Shown: positions 13,011-27,146, counted from the whole stretch's first letter. The stretch is DNA of 63,876 nucleotides, filler included, from Welwitschia mirabilis (GCA_051453625.1; 8 parts of one record of this genome joined end to end with filler, not necessarily neighbours in it), one strand, 5' to 3'. Notes: generated by a model not told the origin, from the sequence alone. Numbers and translations: made by a program.

Positions 13011-13645
13011 ATATTAGCATGATAGTTTTAATTAAAAGAATGAGCTTTAGATAAATGACATTATTGTAAAGCATTTTGATTTACCTTGGATTGTTGACAC
13101 ATTTTTATGCTAAAACCATCTAATTAATGCAACTCATAAGAATATTAACTTGAAAGTTTGTGTTGGATTTTATCTTAATTTCTCTTATTTTAATCTAATA
13201 GTTTCTAATTAAGAAGTGGTAATTTTCATTTTTCTTTCTAATTCTTTGTTTTAGTTATCCTTATTCATAATATCGTTTAAGCTAATTTTATTTATAACAT
13301 GATCATTTTCAGCACTTTTTCATCTATGAGTTACTTCTAACATTTTTTCCAATTTCCTCTAAGCTTCATTATGTATAGCATCAAGTAGTTCAACATTGAT
13401 TAATGTTTTTAACATTTTTTATATTTCTTTGTTTAGTGATTATAAGGAAAATTAAACTAATCTTCTTGCTTTAAAGTCATGATTGAGATTTCTAAGAAGG
13501 AGGTTTCTACACACTCAAAGGCTTCAGAGCAAGATTCACTAGTAATTTGTTTAAAGCTACTAATGAGTTTTCTCATTTGGTTAATATGAGTTGTAGGAAG
13601 AAATCTCCTAATGAATGCTTATTTAAGTCTTTCAATATTTTGAAA
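13011..13645 (-). pseudogene. gag: Athila-type gag fragment (Retrotrans_gag-like)
   Basis: Minus translation AFIRRFLPTTHINQMRKLISSFKQITSESCSEAFE at ~13515-13625, resembling the gag at 59463-60265. Confidence 0.8.
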
Positions 13646-16199
13646 GGCTTTTCTAATTTAAATTCACAACTAATAAATTATTAATAAAACCATCATGAAA
13701 CTTGTCATAAAGCATGTAAAAATGATATTCGCACTTCAAGAGTTATTTAATTAATTCAATTAAGTAAATTACATGAAGGACTTTTATAAGATTGTAAAAG
13801 GTGAAATTATGATTTAGTGACTTGAGATGAGATCATAAAGGTAGATTATTGTTATTTTAAATATATTATTACTAGATCATAAAGTAAAAAGAGATACCCA
13901 TATTACTAATTAGCATAAGAAAACCAAAGGTTATGAAATACCGTAATAAGGAGATAGTTTAGAAACTCTTATATAAATAATTAGAAAGATTGTATCCTTG
14001 ATTAGATGGAATAGTTTTTATTAGCATTTGTTGGTTATGTGATGTATAAAGTAAGTTATGCATAAAGATATTGTAATCATCATAGATACATATAATTTTA
14101 TAGCTTACTTTGTTTTAAAAATTAAATGTACAAGATAATTTACATTATTATCTATTAAATTGACAACATACACATTTTTATTTTTTAACTTATTAAATTT
14201 ACATTCTTTTTACTATATCAGGGTGAAAATTAATATAGTTAAAGAAAACACTTTATGTTATCTATGAACTATGACTTTATTGCTAGTTCATTAAAAAATT
14301 GTGTGTAACTTAAGATAAGCTAAACAATAAGATATTTTAATAGTTTTTTATTTTTAATGTCACATGACTAGGGAATCAAGAAGTAATTGAAGATTTTAAA
14401 AAAATAATTTTAGATCAAGAATATCACACTCTAAATCTTTACAAAAAGAATTATCTACTTATCATAATCAATTAAATTAGTGAAAAGAAATAAAGCATAA
14501 ATAATTAAAAATAAATCATAAACAAATCTCTTTGGTCAAATCGCATATATAAGAAAAGAATAAAAGTATTAAATTGATGAAATTGATATATGATCCTAAG
14601 AAAAATATTGTACATTATCTTATCAAACTATCACTTTACATGATAAAACAATTGTTCATGAGTAATAGATATAAGTGAAATTCATGTAATCACAACATAT
14701 TATGTACAATAAACTTTAAGAATCATAAATAAAGCATGATGTATTAATTAGACGCTTTATCTATCTTCCACTAAGTCATGAATTTAGGTCATAATTGATA
14801 AGTAAGGCGTAGTACTCTAGTATTCTCCTCTAAGGCTAGGATACTACTACATGCTAATGTGTTAGTTCTACAGAAGGCTTTACACTCAGCTTGGTGGATA
14901 ATGCATAAGACTAATGATGGAAATTGGATAGCACAACACATTTAGACAGTGCTAGCTAACATTTAGCACATTAAAAATAAAAATAAAAAATAAAAAATCC
15001 AAGTCTATCACTGAAGAGTTTTGGCTTGCTTTCCTTGGGACTTTCTTTTTAATATTTTAAAAACACAAAAAATCCAAAAAAATTCTTAAAAAATAAGAAT
15101 TGCATGTGTAAATAACTTAATTTCACAAAACATGAAAAGGAAAATATAATGAATAAGAGAGAAATAATCTTTAATGAAAATTTACTACTTCTTTAAAGAT
15201 TAATTATAACTCAAATGAATGAGGTAGTCTAAACTAACTTAAGTTATTATCATGTGAAAATAATATTTTTGAAAATTTCACTTCTTGAAATATTGTAAAA
15301 TGGACATGTATGAGTCATTCAAAAATCTTATTCCATTCTATACTAATTATACATCATCAAAAGATCAAATTTTAAAAACATGATTCTTAAAAAAAACATA
15401 GAAAATCATTTGACTTTAATAATATTTTCACTAAATTTTAATGTACTTAACTTGAAATATAACTCTTAATTAGGCTTGAAGTAAGTTATAAAAGTAACAT
15501 AACATATAACTTAGATTATAAATCAATAGGTAATTAATTAAAAATCAACATATGAATGTTTATTTTATCATAGAAAAGTCTACTTGCTTTTGTGATATTT
15601 TGGCCAGAAGGAGGAGAGGAAAGAAATAAAAATGAGGAAAAAGACTTAAGAAGATTGACTTATAACCTTTTAAAACATCAAAGTAATTAGAATATGTCTA
15701 AATTCAAATCCTTAGAATCAAATATTCAAGATTAAGTAATATTGATTAAAAAAATTAGAAAACAAATTTTAGGAGAAATTAACCAAAAAAATACAGTCAA
15801 CCTTACTTTAACCAAGACTATTAAGAAAACTAGAGCAATTAAGAAAGCATGGATGTTAGTTTTAAAAAGTACTAAAAATATACTACAAGCTAAGATCTTA
15901 ACTTTTAAAAATCATAGAAGTGATGACAAAAAAAATTATTATGTAAAAAAAGAAAAAAAAAATTAAGATCTCATAGATTTGAAAAAATCCTAAGTATAAT
16001 TGCATCTCAACCACAAGAAAGTAAAAATGGAATTTTAAAAACAAAATTAGGGTTTTGACTAATTACATGAAAAAGTTTATAAATCAAGATAGGAACATAT
16101 CAACAAAGTTTTAAAGCAATTAGAGTTATAAAAAATGAGCTATGGTTAAAAAGACACTAAAATTTACTCATTTTTATTTCAATTGGGGGGAGGGGGGGT

Positions 16200-16266
<67 letters not shown>
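16200..16266. repeat. (GA)n microsatellite
   Basis: About 30 GA units. Confidence 0.97.
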
Positions 16267-16269
<3 letters not shown>

Positions 16270-16952
16270 AGAAACTAATGGAAAAACAAATACTTCAAAG
16301 TCAAATGTAAGTATATTATAAATTTACATACTAATTATGTACTATTGGAAAGGAGAGAAGAAGAATTTATCATTTAATTCTTTTATTAAAAAAGGGTAGA
16401 AACATGAGAGAATAGTATTATAAAAAATGAGAAGAAAGAAGAAAAAAAGAGAGAAGAGGGCTAAAACACATGCTTCCTTTAACATAGAGTGACAAATCAT
16501 GAAATATCATAGAATTCTATGATAGATATAAATGTATAACAATCCTATTAGTAATAAATATGCAACATGATATAATAATTTTAATCAAATTGGAAGAAAT
16601 GCATCACAAAAATAAATAGGTTATTGAGATATAAGAATAAAAACATAAGATAAAAGAATACTTATTAGTTTTAGTTGTAGTTCTAAATCCAAATGTTTAT
16701 AAGATTAGATTCCTTGTTCTCCTTTTAAACTACTTGATCACATATACTTCACCACCTCACAATGCCCTTTAGGTAGATGAAAATGGGAGAAATGTAGATG
16801 AAAAAATGAATGTGAAAATATATAAGAGGATGAGAATGAATGCAATATGCATTAATGATTAATAATGAAGAATGTAAAAGGCTTCCAAAATTGAAAAAGA
16901 AAGAAGATCAACTTGGAAGAGAAGAAATGTGTATGTGTGGGTGAGAGTGAGT

Positions 16953-17044
<92 letters not shown>

Positions 17045-17527
17045 NNNNNNNNNNNNNNNNNNNNNNNNNNNNNNNNNNNNNNNNNNNNNNNNNNNNNNNN
17101 NNNNNNNNNNNNNNNNNNNNNNNNNNNNNNNNNNNNNNNNNNNNNNNNNNNNNNNNNNNNNNNNNNNNNNNNNNNNNNNNNNNNNNNNNNNNNNNNNNNN
17201 NNNNNNNNNNNNNNNNNNNNNNNNNNNNNNNNNNNNNNNNNNNNNNNNNNNNNNNNNNNNNNNNNNNNNNNNNNNNNNNNNNNNNNNNNNNNNNNNNNNN
17301 NNNNNNNNNNNNNNNNNNNNNNNNNNNNNNNNNNNNNNNNNNNNNNNNNNNNNNNNNNNNNNNNNNNNNNNNNNNNNNNNNNNNNNNNNNNNNNNNNNNN
17401 NNNNNNNNNNNNNNNNNNNNNNNNNNNNNNNNNNNNNNNNNNNNNNNNNNNNNNNNNNNNNNNNNNNNNNNNNNNNNNNNNNNNNNNNNNNNNNNNNNNN
17501 NNNNNNNNNNNNNNNNNNNNNNNNNNN

Positions 17528-17576
<49 letters not shown>
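16953..17576. repeat. (GA)n microsatellite spanning an N gap
   Basis: GA runs on both sides of gap 17045-17527. Confidence 0.95.
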
Positions 17577-17578
<2 letters not shown>

Positions 17579-19289
17579 TGTAGCTAGAACACCTTCAATT
17601 GTAAAATAAAGCATAAAAATGGCATAAAATGAGTATGATAGATTATATTGTAAATGTATTTCTAATGTGACATTAAGATAAGATAGTTTATAAATGCACT
17701 AGGATTAGTATCAAGTGAGTATGTACCAAAACTTTTAAATTTTCACGTGTTTTATGCTTATAACTTAACAACCATTATATAGTGATGCAGTGCCAAAATA
17801 CAATGGAAAGTAGTGCTACAGTGCCAGAGGTAGTTATCATAGTAATAACCAAAACTTATTAAATGTACATTAACTTATAGTTACATTACGTGTAATTAAT
17901 ATTACATGAAAACATCAAATTGACTTAGAAATAAGTGGAAATGCTAAGTTATAGCTTCCAAAATGCATATTTTTAATTTATTGATTTCTTAATAGAATTT
18001 GATATGCTATGATGTTTAACTCATAACATTAGTAAGTGGATGAAATATGATCATGAAAAGGGACTATAAGTCATCTTTGAGATAACCAAGTTGAAGTAAT
18101 TCTCCATGCTTCACATATGCACCTTGGATCTCAACCTCTTAATCATAAGCATCATAGTTTATCTAAAAATAGATCAAAATGAATTATTTTACACTCAATA
18201 AATCTCTAATTCTCTTGTCTCCTAAAAAGTAGTGTTATAGCCCTAGCATAACAAAAAATTATAACTTTTAATACCTTATTTTATCAAAATTTTATGGGTT
18301 TTTTTGAAAAAGAAAATCAAATATTATATTAAAAATTTATAGTTATAGGATGAGGGTGAATACGCCCCTATGCCAGAAAATACAAGCAAACTTTGCTATG
18401 ATAAAATCTAATTTTCTAAGCATTCACTTGAACATAACTTGAATCAGGACAAGAGATGTTTATAGCAAAATCTAGGCAAAAAATTCCCTTGTTCCTAGAA
18501 CTAATTCAAAAATGATACAACTAGAAAAGGACTAATCTGAACAATGGAGAAACTACTAGTTAATATCCCCTGAAGCTGGGGAATAAGTGGCTATAGTTGT
18601 GTTGTTACAGGAAGCATCCCAATTCATCCATCAAAATTTTAAATGCTTGATTCACCTCTTCAGACTCCTTTACTCCTACTTGGTTCTTATTATGATGAAT
18701 TCTTATCATCTTCTTATGAAATTTTGATTTCATAAAACTCATAGTAGATCTATGAGAGATGCCAAGGATTAGGAAGGAACATCTCTTCATCCCATGAATT
18801 GTAGCCAATAATACTTATTTTCTTGCATGATCGATGTCAATATTTTCATGAATTGCCCAATTTTATTCCTCTAAAGTGGAGTTTAAATGGTTCTAATATT
18901 CTATCTCCTTACCAGATTTTGGTCTATTAAAGTTCTTCTAAGGGATTTCCTTCCTAGCCTTACTTAGTCTATGACTACTCCTCTTTTTGTATTGAATGAG
19001 GGGTTTCCTTCCTAGCCTTGTTTAGGCTATGATTGCTCTTTTTTCTATTATACTTTAGGGGGTAGAATTAGATTTTTCTATTCATGTGTCTCTTAGAACA
19101 TGTGCAGAGTCATCTTCCTCTCTAAGTCTAGGAGTCTCCTAGATCATTTTTCTGCTTATTTTAAGAAATTTTCTTATTCTTATCTATCTTATTCTTTTCC
19201 CCTCTTGTCTACTGGGCTCAGTTGATGTCCTTCATCAAGGGGGAGGGTAGGAGGCCTTCCTCATCCTCAGATCCCATATGGCTCTTTAA

Positions 19290-22200
19290 AGGCCCATAAT
19301 AAGGCCTAAGTACTTGATCATATCCTTTATTCTCAGCATATGAAGGAAGAAGCAAGGTAAGTTACCCTGGTGCTCTAGGTCTCAGGCCTTGAGAAAGATA
19401 GAATGCAAAATCGAAAGCTTTGAGTAGCATCTCAATATGATGAAGTATCTATCTACCATTTCTACCCTTAAACTCCAAGAGTGCAGAAGCATTTCTTTGC
19501 TTCGATGTCCACTTGATAACTTATGAATTCCTCTCAGAAAAAAAAAGGAAAATTATTCCTTTGTCCTTATAGTTGAGTGGAATCCTCTTCCCTTTCATAG
19601 AGATTTTTAGTGATCAAGCTAGATATTCTTCTATGACTTCCAGTGGGATTATTCAAAATATGGTTTTGTGTCCTCTTCATCTTTTGTAAATGAGGTGATA
19701 ACATTACTCTTTAATTTTTGTAATAAAGCTTTCCATCTTAGAACCTACACTTTGTTTCAAAGGATAAGGCATCCTTTGAAAAGGCCCAGATTTACTCGTT
19801 CATGCATTAGAGTAACCTCCATTACTGCTCAAATTTGCATATGATACCATCTACTTCTCCTAGCTATATTAATAGGAAATGGAAGGAGAGCATTATTGAA
19901 AATTAAATCATTGTAGGGATGCTAGATCTACCAAAGTATCAAGCATATCTTATCTTACATACACATCTCAGTTGCCTTTTTAGTCTTATAGTAAGTTGTT
20001 ATTAATTCCATCAAAATCAAAGCTACACTTGCATTGATGAAAAAGGTGCTATATATCTTCTTGATTAGATTGATAGATTGGATAATTTGTGAAAACTTGA
20101 ATACCACTTTTAATCAATTAATCTTTTTTTAAAAGTCTATTATGATCCTTTAACTAGTTGAAGATCTTAATCTTGTCAAGGATCTATACCTGCTAGAATC
20201 TCTTCTTGACTTCATTTTTACCATATTTCTTTAGGAGAATCAATTTATCTATGTTTTTATTAGTGATACCTAGCTCTATCAGATTTCTTTTGGCATTAGA
20301 AAGGTGTTTTCTAAGGTTAAATTCTTCTCTAATTGTGTTATAGCTTGGATATTTGTAATTGATTAGATCACTCCATTGTTATCCTTCTATGAGTAGTCTT
20401 TTAATTATCTTATATGCTCTAGTGAGAAGACAATATTCTCATTTATGAATTCTCCATCCTCCTGAATCCTTGGGTGAGAAATGAGATTCCATTTATAAAG
20501 GTGAATGCTACTTATGTCCTTACCTCTAGAACAAATTAACTCCTTTAGCATTTTATTGATTTTTTTGATTATAAATTTTACTGGGATGATAATGAAAGAT
20601 ATATATCTAAAGGAAGTGATTAGGCAGGTATTTTCTAAGATAATCTTTTCTTTGAAAGATAGAAATTTTTCATCCATGTATTATATTTTCTCTAAATTAA
20701 TTCTAGGATGAAATTCTAGATCTATGACTTATACCAATTTCTAAGGAAAATTCCTAGGTAGGTATCCTAAATATCTTCCATTTTGACATCTAAAATTATG
20801 GTGATATCACCTCTTCTTCTGATGTTTTTGCCAATAGTATGTATTCTATACTTGTTCTAATTAGTTCAAAGTCCCTTGGTCTTTATGAAAAGATTTATGA
20901 AATTTTTGATAGCTCTTGTTTATTATTAAGAGCCTTGAGTTATGATAATTATATCATGTGCATAATGATTGTTAATGAATATTTGACTTCCTATTTTGAT
21001 CCTTGTGACTCCATTTCTTTTGAGGATTTCCTATAAAATGTTCATAACAAACAGAAAGAGGTAGGAGAATAAAGAATCCTCCTACCTTAATTCTTGACCT
21101 ACTAAAAAAATTGGATCTATAACTGTTAAACTCTATACTAAACTCGGTAAAATCTTGCATATTAAGCCATAAATTTGTAATGTGAAAGTTAAATCTAATT
21201 TATGTTAGGATGCAACCTAATGCTTTCTAACTCATAGAATCATAGGATTTTATTATATCTAATTTTACAAGAAGTAAAGGATTTGATCTTAGATGTACCT
21301 AGATTAGATGAAGCCATCTTGATTTTTGGAGATCACTTTGGGAAGTAGGGGAGCAATACATCTCATCATTATTTTTGTTAAGATCCTATAAAGAACATTG
21401 CATATACCTAGTGGTCTATAGCCTTTTGATTTATTAGCTTCTTAGTTCTTTGAGATAAGAATAACTCTAGTCCTGTTCATCTCCACTAGGATGCATTTAT
21501 TAATGAATATGTCTTACATAACACCATGAAGGTTGTTTCCTATAAGGGAGAAGTAGGTTTCAAATAATTCTATTGGCCACCCATCTAGCCTTGGTTCCCT
21601 ATTATTCTTCATGAATTAAAGGGTTATCTGAAATTCTTTTCTACCTATTAGCTTATTTAGGCTTGTGTTATTCTCATTAGAAATTTTATTATCTTTCTGA
21701 ATAAGCTCAAGGATGATATCTTCCTAGTTATAAATGTTCTTAAGATGGGTTTGCATTTCCTTGATAATATCCACTTTATTTTCAATCACTTGTTCTCTAA
21801 TTGTGAGCCTCTTGATTCTATTATTTATCCTATGGTGTTAGGCTATTAGAAAAAGAACTTAGTATTTCTATCCTCTTCTTTAAGCCACTTAATTCTGGAT
21901 CTTTCCCTAAAATAGTGCCTTTTATCTGTGTTTATTTCCTAGAATTCCATTGGGCATCTATAATCCTTAGTGTAAAGGTTATCCTAATCTCTTTCATATT
22001 CATGTTTTACTTGAATTTCCTATAGTTATTTCTTTAATTTCTTCTTCCACTTAAATCTATTGTTATCCTTCCTTCTCTAATCCTTTAAGTGTGTCATGAC
22101 TATGTTTAAATCCCTATATAAAAATATCAATGGAAGGATACCATCGAACTGATTCTAGATATTTTCAACTACTCTTCTGGTCTCTTTCCTTAATAGCTAG

Positions 22201-22900
22201 TATCTCTTCATTCAAAAGGGGAATATAGGCGATGTTATTATCTTGATTTTGAATTTGATTGGTCGATGATTAGAGGCTACTCTATTTAGTCCCTAGGCTT
22301 CAATATACATCTTGTCTATACCCTTACCGATTAGAAATTTGGTTGATTTTAGACATAACTTGATTACCTCCATTTCTTCTATTAGACCATGTGTATTCGC
22401 ATCTTGTGATCGAGATATTCAAGAGGACTCCTTGCTCCATAAAATCTTTAAGGATTTCTAAACTTATACTGTTTTAGCTTTTATCCCTTATTTTTTCCTA
22501 TAGGCATTAGTTAAAATCCTTGACAACTATCCATTTGGATTTATTTACTAATAAGCTCTATAATTTCTTCATCATTGAAGCTTTATCTATGTTGTTCTGA
22601 GGGCTATACACATTTGTGGTCGTTCATCCTTCCTCCTTAATATAGATCATTAAGTGATATTTGTTGTTGTAAATTAGATCTACCTCCTTTTTTATAAGGG
22701 TTATTATTCCTCCTAAATTTCCTTAAGGTACAGAGATGAATTTGTTCCATTACCATAAAAAATTACCTAATTTCATGTTGTCATGTATTTTCATCTCCTA
22801 TAAATAAACTAGCTTAGTGTTGAATTTCCTAATTAAATCTCTTAGGTTCTTCCTTTATAAGGTGACCATAATCTCCTACAGTTCTAAGAAGGGCACTCTA
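19290..22900 (-). pseudogene. LINE ORF2: endonuclease, RT, RNase H-like C-terminus (decayed)
   Basis: Minus motifs: LRDLIRKFNTKLVYL*EMK ~22790-22845, YTWSNRR ~22385, SNHRP ~22265, RSRIKWLKEEDRNTKFF ~21852-21903, KLDIIKSYDS ~21250, LR*EDSLFSYLF ~21055-21090, YLGY ~20765, KFLSFKEKIIL...W..I.HP (ORF 20405-20677). Weaker RNase H-like signal at 19300-19670. Confidence 0.92.
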
Positions 22901-23263
22901 TTAGGTCTATTTTCGCTTTTTTTAGGTACTCCTTAACCTTTTTTCAATGTGTTTTCTATAGTTACTTAGGAGCTATTCATCATATTTTTTTCCTTTCTCT
23001 ATCTTGTAGTATTTTGTTGCTGGGCCTTCCTTTCATGCGTGTTTCAATATCATTTGACTCATCTTTATTCACTTGTTTTTGAGATTGAGAAATGTCTCTA
23101 TCCTCCTCTTCCGCTAATTACTAGAAGGGATTATACTTCTATCTTTGTCTTTTCTTTCCTTAGGATAAAACATTGTGTTCTTTATTATTTTTTCTTTTTT
23201 CTGCCTATGACAAAATTTGTTTTGATTATGTATAGTCTTCTCATAAAAGAGCATGTTCTTTTC

Positions 23264-24495
23264 TAAAGTGTGAATCGACCCTAGAGGGGGAGGAGGGGAT
23301 AGGTCATTATAAAATAATAAAGTGCCTTAAATACCTGCAAATAAAAAGCAAATAAGATACCAAAAGATTAAAGAATGTGTTAATGATAGAGATTTACCAC
23401 CCTTTATCTCTTAGACACTAAGTCTCTAGCTGGTATAAATTAGCTTTAACAATTGATTTTCAGGCTCACCAAAAATCTGCATAATCATCAGTGGATTTTA
23501 GAGCTCATCCACAACCACAAAAAGATGGATTGAAGTGAGGTGCACATATGCACAATTCTAATCCATAAGTGCAAGTGCAAAGAAAGCTTCTGACAAGCTT
23601 GATAGGAAATAGAAAGTCCAGGAGAAATTGGATCACCCAATGATTCAAGCACAGTGCATATAGTACATGTAACAGTGTTTGATGTTTGTCTATTTTTGAT
23701 TTAAAAAATTAACCTTTACTATTTCAAAAAAGATATTTAAATATAAAGTCTAAAAATAGCCACTCATATGGTAGGTGTGAACTATTGGAATTTGATTCTT
23801 CCTTTTCTAATAAATCATGGAATTATAATGATTATAATTGGAATATGTTGGATTAACTCCACCAAAAAATCGATCTTCCTTAGTATCTGGTCATTCTTAC
23901 CAAAAGGTTAAGTCATCCTTCCCTATTTTAGTTTTGACAGTTTGCTGATTCGGTCGCCCTTACATTAAATTTTGATCATCCTTTCCTAATTCAGTTTTGA
24001 CTATTTGCTAATTTTAAACATTTGCTTTCCCTTGCAAAGATCATGGGTTGACCTTGTATGGGGTTACTTGATCTAGATTAGTTAGCCACCCTTTTTATGA
24101 TAGTTTATTATTTGTGTAGTACTTGGTCAACCTTGCTTATATCTTTAGTTATCCTTACTGTTAGTTGGCTAAAATTGCCAAATCCAGTTTGGTCACCCAT
24201 AACATAATGGCTAGTAACCCACTTTTGTTTCAGTCTACAACTAGTTTGACAGTCAATCACCGCATCTGATAAACATGGTCGCCTAATCCTGAACTAGTTT
24301 TTAGATTATTGATAGTCCAATTGCCCAACTTTTACTTTTATTCACTTGCATTTCATTTAGGTGTCTAATCAAATGACAGTTTGGTCACCTAGATGAGTTC
24401 TATAGTCACCTTTGCTAGAAAATCTCTATAAAATAAACCAATTTCAAACTCTACAAAACTCATTAATTGATCAATGACAATAAGTTATTTCAACA
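23264..24495 (-). repeat. 3' LTR of the Sirevirus element
   Basis: ctagagggggaggaggggatagg terminal motif; repeated ggtcaccct/ggtcgccct motifs; ends ttcaaca next to the PPT. Confidence 0.9.
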
Positions 24496-24899
24496 AACTC
24501 TTCCTTTATCATTGATTAAGAAAAAAACAATACTTTTAAAATGCAAGTTTTCTTTTAATTATATAATTTAATAATTAAGTCATATTAAAATGAGTTTCAC
24601 TAGAGAAATAGAAGTAGAATTAACCTAACCAAAAGAGATTTTCATTCATATAAAAAGCATTTTATATTAACCAAAATATCTAAAACTTTGATACATCTGT
24701 AAGAGTACATTTTGGTTATCAATTTTTAAAATAATTACATTTTTATAAATATAATTAAAAATGCTTAATTTCTCTTAATTTTTGATGAAATCAAGGACAG
24801 GAAGAATAAAAATATAAAAACCTAAGTTTAACATTAATTATATTTAGAGAATTCTTCATATGACTGGGTAGCCTTACTCTAAGAACTATCAGCTATAAG

Positions 24900-25800
24900 A
24901 GATCAGTGCTGCCTTTATGTGCCTAGTACGAGAGTCTAGATGACATAAAAGGTAAAGAATCTCTGGAGTATAGAAAGCCTTAACCTTGGGCCTGGAAGGT
25001 GTAATAGGCTCTCAAACATGTGCATATGAGAGAGTGTGGTATCGTTAACAGACCCCATGGGCTTTTGAACATCCTACTGAGAAAGATGAAAAATGTTAAA
25101 GTACCAACAAATCCAAGTAATGAGAAAAGAATATGATAGAGAGTGCCTCTTGTGAGGGTGAAGTTAGTTAACCATATGTTTGAACATAATGTTAGGAGAA
25201 TCAATGTCATGTCTTTAATCTAACGAGTAGAGGAGGAAAACTTAATAGTTTAAGAGTTTATCTCTTTGCTCAACAACAAAAAGAAAATTATATAAAAGAA
25301 TTCAGTGTAAAATATGGAACCTGGGAATAAGGTCAGAAGCTTTGAAAATATTCTTCCAGGTGATGAAGATTTCACACAGATGCTAAGTTATAGAGTTTTT
25401 ATCTTAAAATGACTCTATCATGGATCAAGATTCCCCATATTTCCTCAAGATAACCCAGTGAGGGAAGCTATCAAATCTACATTAATGTACATATCTTGGC
25501 CAAAAACAGAGGTAATGAAGGTAGAATGTGCAACATCAAAATGAGCATTTGAATAGAACAAGAGTCTGATCAATGCATAGTATATTCCTGAGACATGTAG
25601 AAAGTAGCACTACCTTACCTCTTTAAGAAGATTTTAGACTTATTAAAGGCTAAGGAACTACACATATTCATAGGTTCTCTCCATTGTAATAGGGCTAGAT
25701 TTAAAGTTATTCTCAAAATGTTCTATTTTCTTTATGCTCATTTTGGAGAAAATGTAACTTGAAGGATTTATAACATATTATTTATTTCATTTTTTATAAT
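24900..25800 (-). pseudogene. Sirevirus env-like extra ORF remnant
   Basis: Minus translation GIYYALIRLLFYSNAHFDVAHSTFITSVFGQDMYINVDLIASLTGL at ~25452-25590, located between pol and the 3' LTR. Confidence 0.7.
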
Positions 25801-27052
25801 CCTCTCTAGTATTCTAGGAAGTCATGGAAGATAAGATTTGAAGTTGAAAAAGTGTGAGAGAGAAGAGGAGCGGGCCACAAGAGTAAGAGAAAATGATAAC
25901 AGACATAAGATGAAAAATGAGGATTTGAGGGACCGAGTGGATTTAAAAATCCATAGTGCATTACCTTAGACATGAGTAACCAAGTGACTTGGTTAGTTTA
26001 CTCATGTAATTTTAAAAAACTAAATAGTAAGACAGTAGTCAAACTTAAGATAAACAATGGACTCTACGAGAAGAAAGAATGATAGGGAAAAAACTAAACC
26101 AAAGTCAGTCAACCTAATGAAACATATCAATCAATCTATTTTAATAGGAAAATAGATTTAAATGAGGTTAACCTGATAAACATGAGTAGTTGACCCACTA
26201 TAAGATAGGTTTAATAATAAAACTAATTCTCATGAGGTTAACTTGATAAAAAGAAGTGGTCAACCTAGTGTAAAGAAAAGTTTAATAGGAAAAATAAAAA
26301 AGAATACAGTTAACCCAATGGCTGATAAGGTTGATCAAGGTTCAATTTGATATACTATTAAAAGTTTAAACCCAATAGTTGAACTCTAATGCTTAGTTGA
26401 AATTGAGATTTTGAAGTCCTTTTTAAATAAGATACCTAAAAAGTAACAAAGTATAGTAAAATGATTAGGTGATAGAGGTTTCATAAAAAGATCAGATAAT
26501 TGATCTTAAGTACAAACATATTCAAGTGTAACAACTTTATTCTCAACTAAGTCATGGATAAAATAATACTTGATATCGATGTGCTTAGTGCAAGTGTGTT
26601 AAATTGGATTGTGAATGGTTTGAATAGCATTAGAATTATTGCATAGAACAAGGAATTTCATGATGTCTATTTCATAGTCTTTCAGTATTTCTTTCATTCA
26701 TAGAATCTAAGTGCAACAAGCCTCAATAGCTATGTACTTAACTTCTAATATGTATAGGCATATAGAACATTACTTCTTGCTGTACCAAGCTATAAGGTAG
26801 TTGCCAAAGAAAAATCAACTACCACTTATGCTCTTTTGATTATCTTTATATCCAGCTTAATCTGCATCACTGTAACTTGTTAAACTTAATGAAGTATTAC
26901 TTGGATACCATAGTCCAAAATTAAGAGTACCTTTAACATAGAAAAGTATATTCTTTGTAGTAGTAAGATGAGATTCTTTTAGTTTACCTTAATACCTAGT
27001 GCAAAAACCAATACTAAATTCTATGTCAGGACAAATGCTACAATATAATTTT

Positions 27053-27146
27053 TGATCCACATCCTTGCCTTCTTAATCAAGACAAAGCTTGATGTTAGTT
27101 AATCCACATCATTACCTTCTTCATCAAGAGAAAGCTTGATGTTAGT
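27053..27146. repeat. 47-bp tandem duplication within RT
   Basis: t(g/a)atccacatc...aagcttgatgttagt twice. Confidence 0.9.

Larger units (their letters stand above)
13645..18300 (-). repeat. Copy 2 of the long direct repeat; putative 5' LTR with its 3' end and PBS deleted
   Basis: Colinear with 5408-9838. Has an extra ~370 bp (14724-15100, bounded by taagaat) that copy 1 lacks, and abuts mid-gag at 13645. Confidence 0.75.

Noticed and set aside
16859..17614. ER/SL-repeat ORFs, and similar ones at 2105-2408, 8838-9125, 53813-54260, 63090-63456
   Set aside because: Open only because of microsatellites and N runs.
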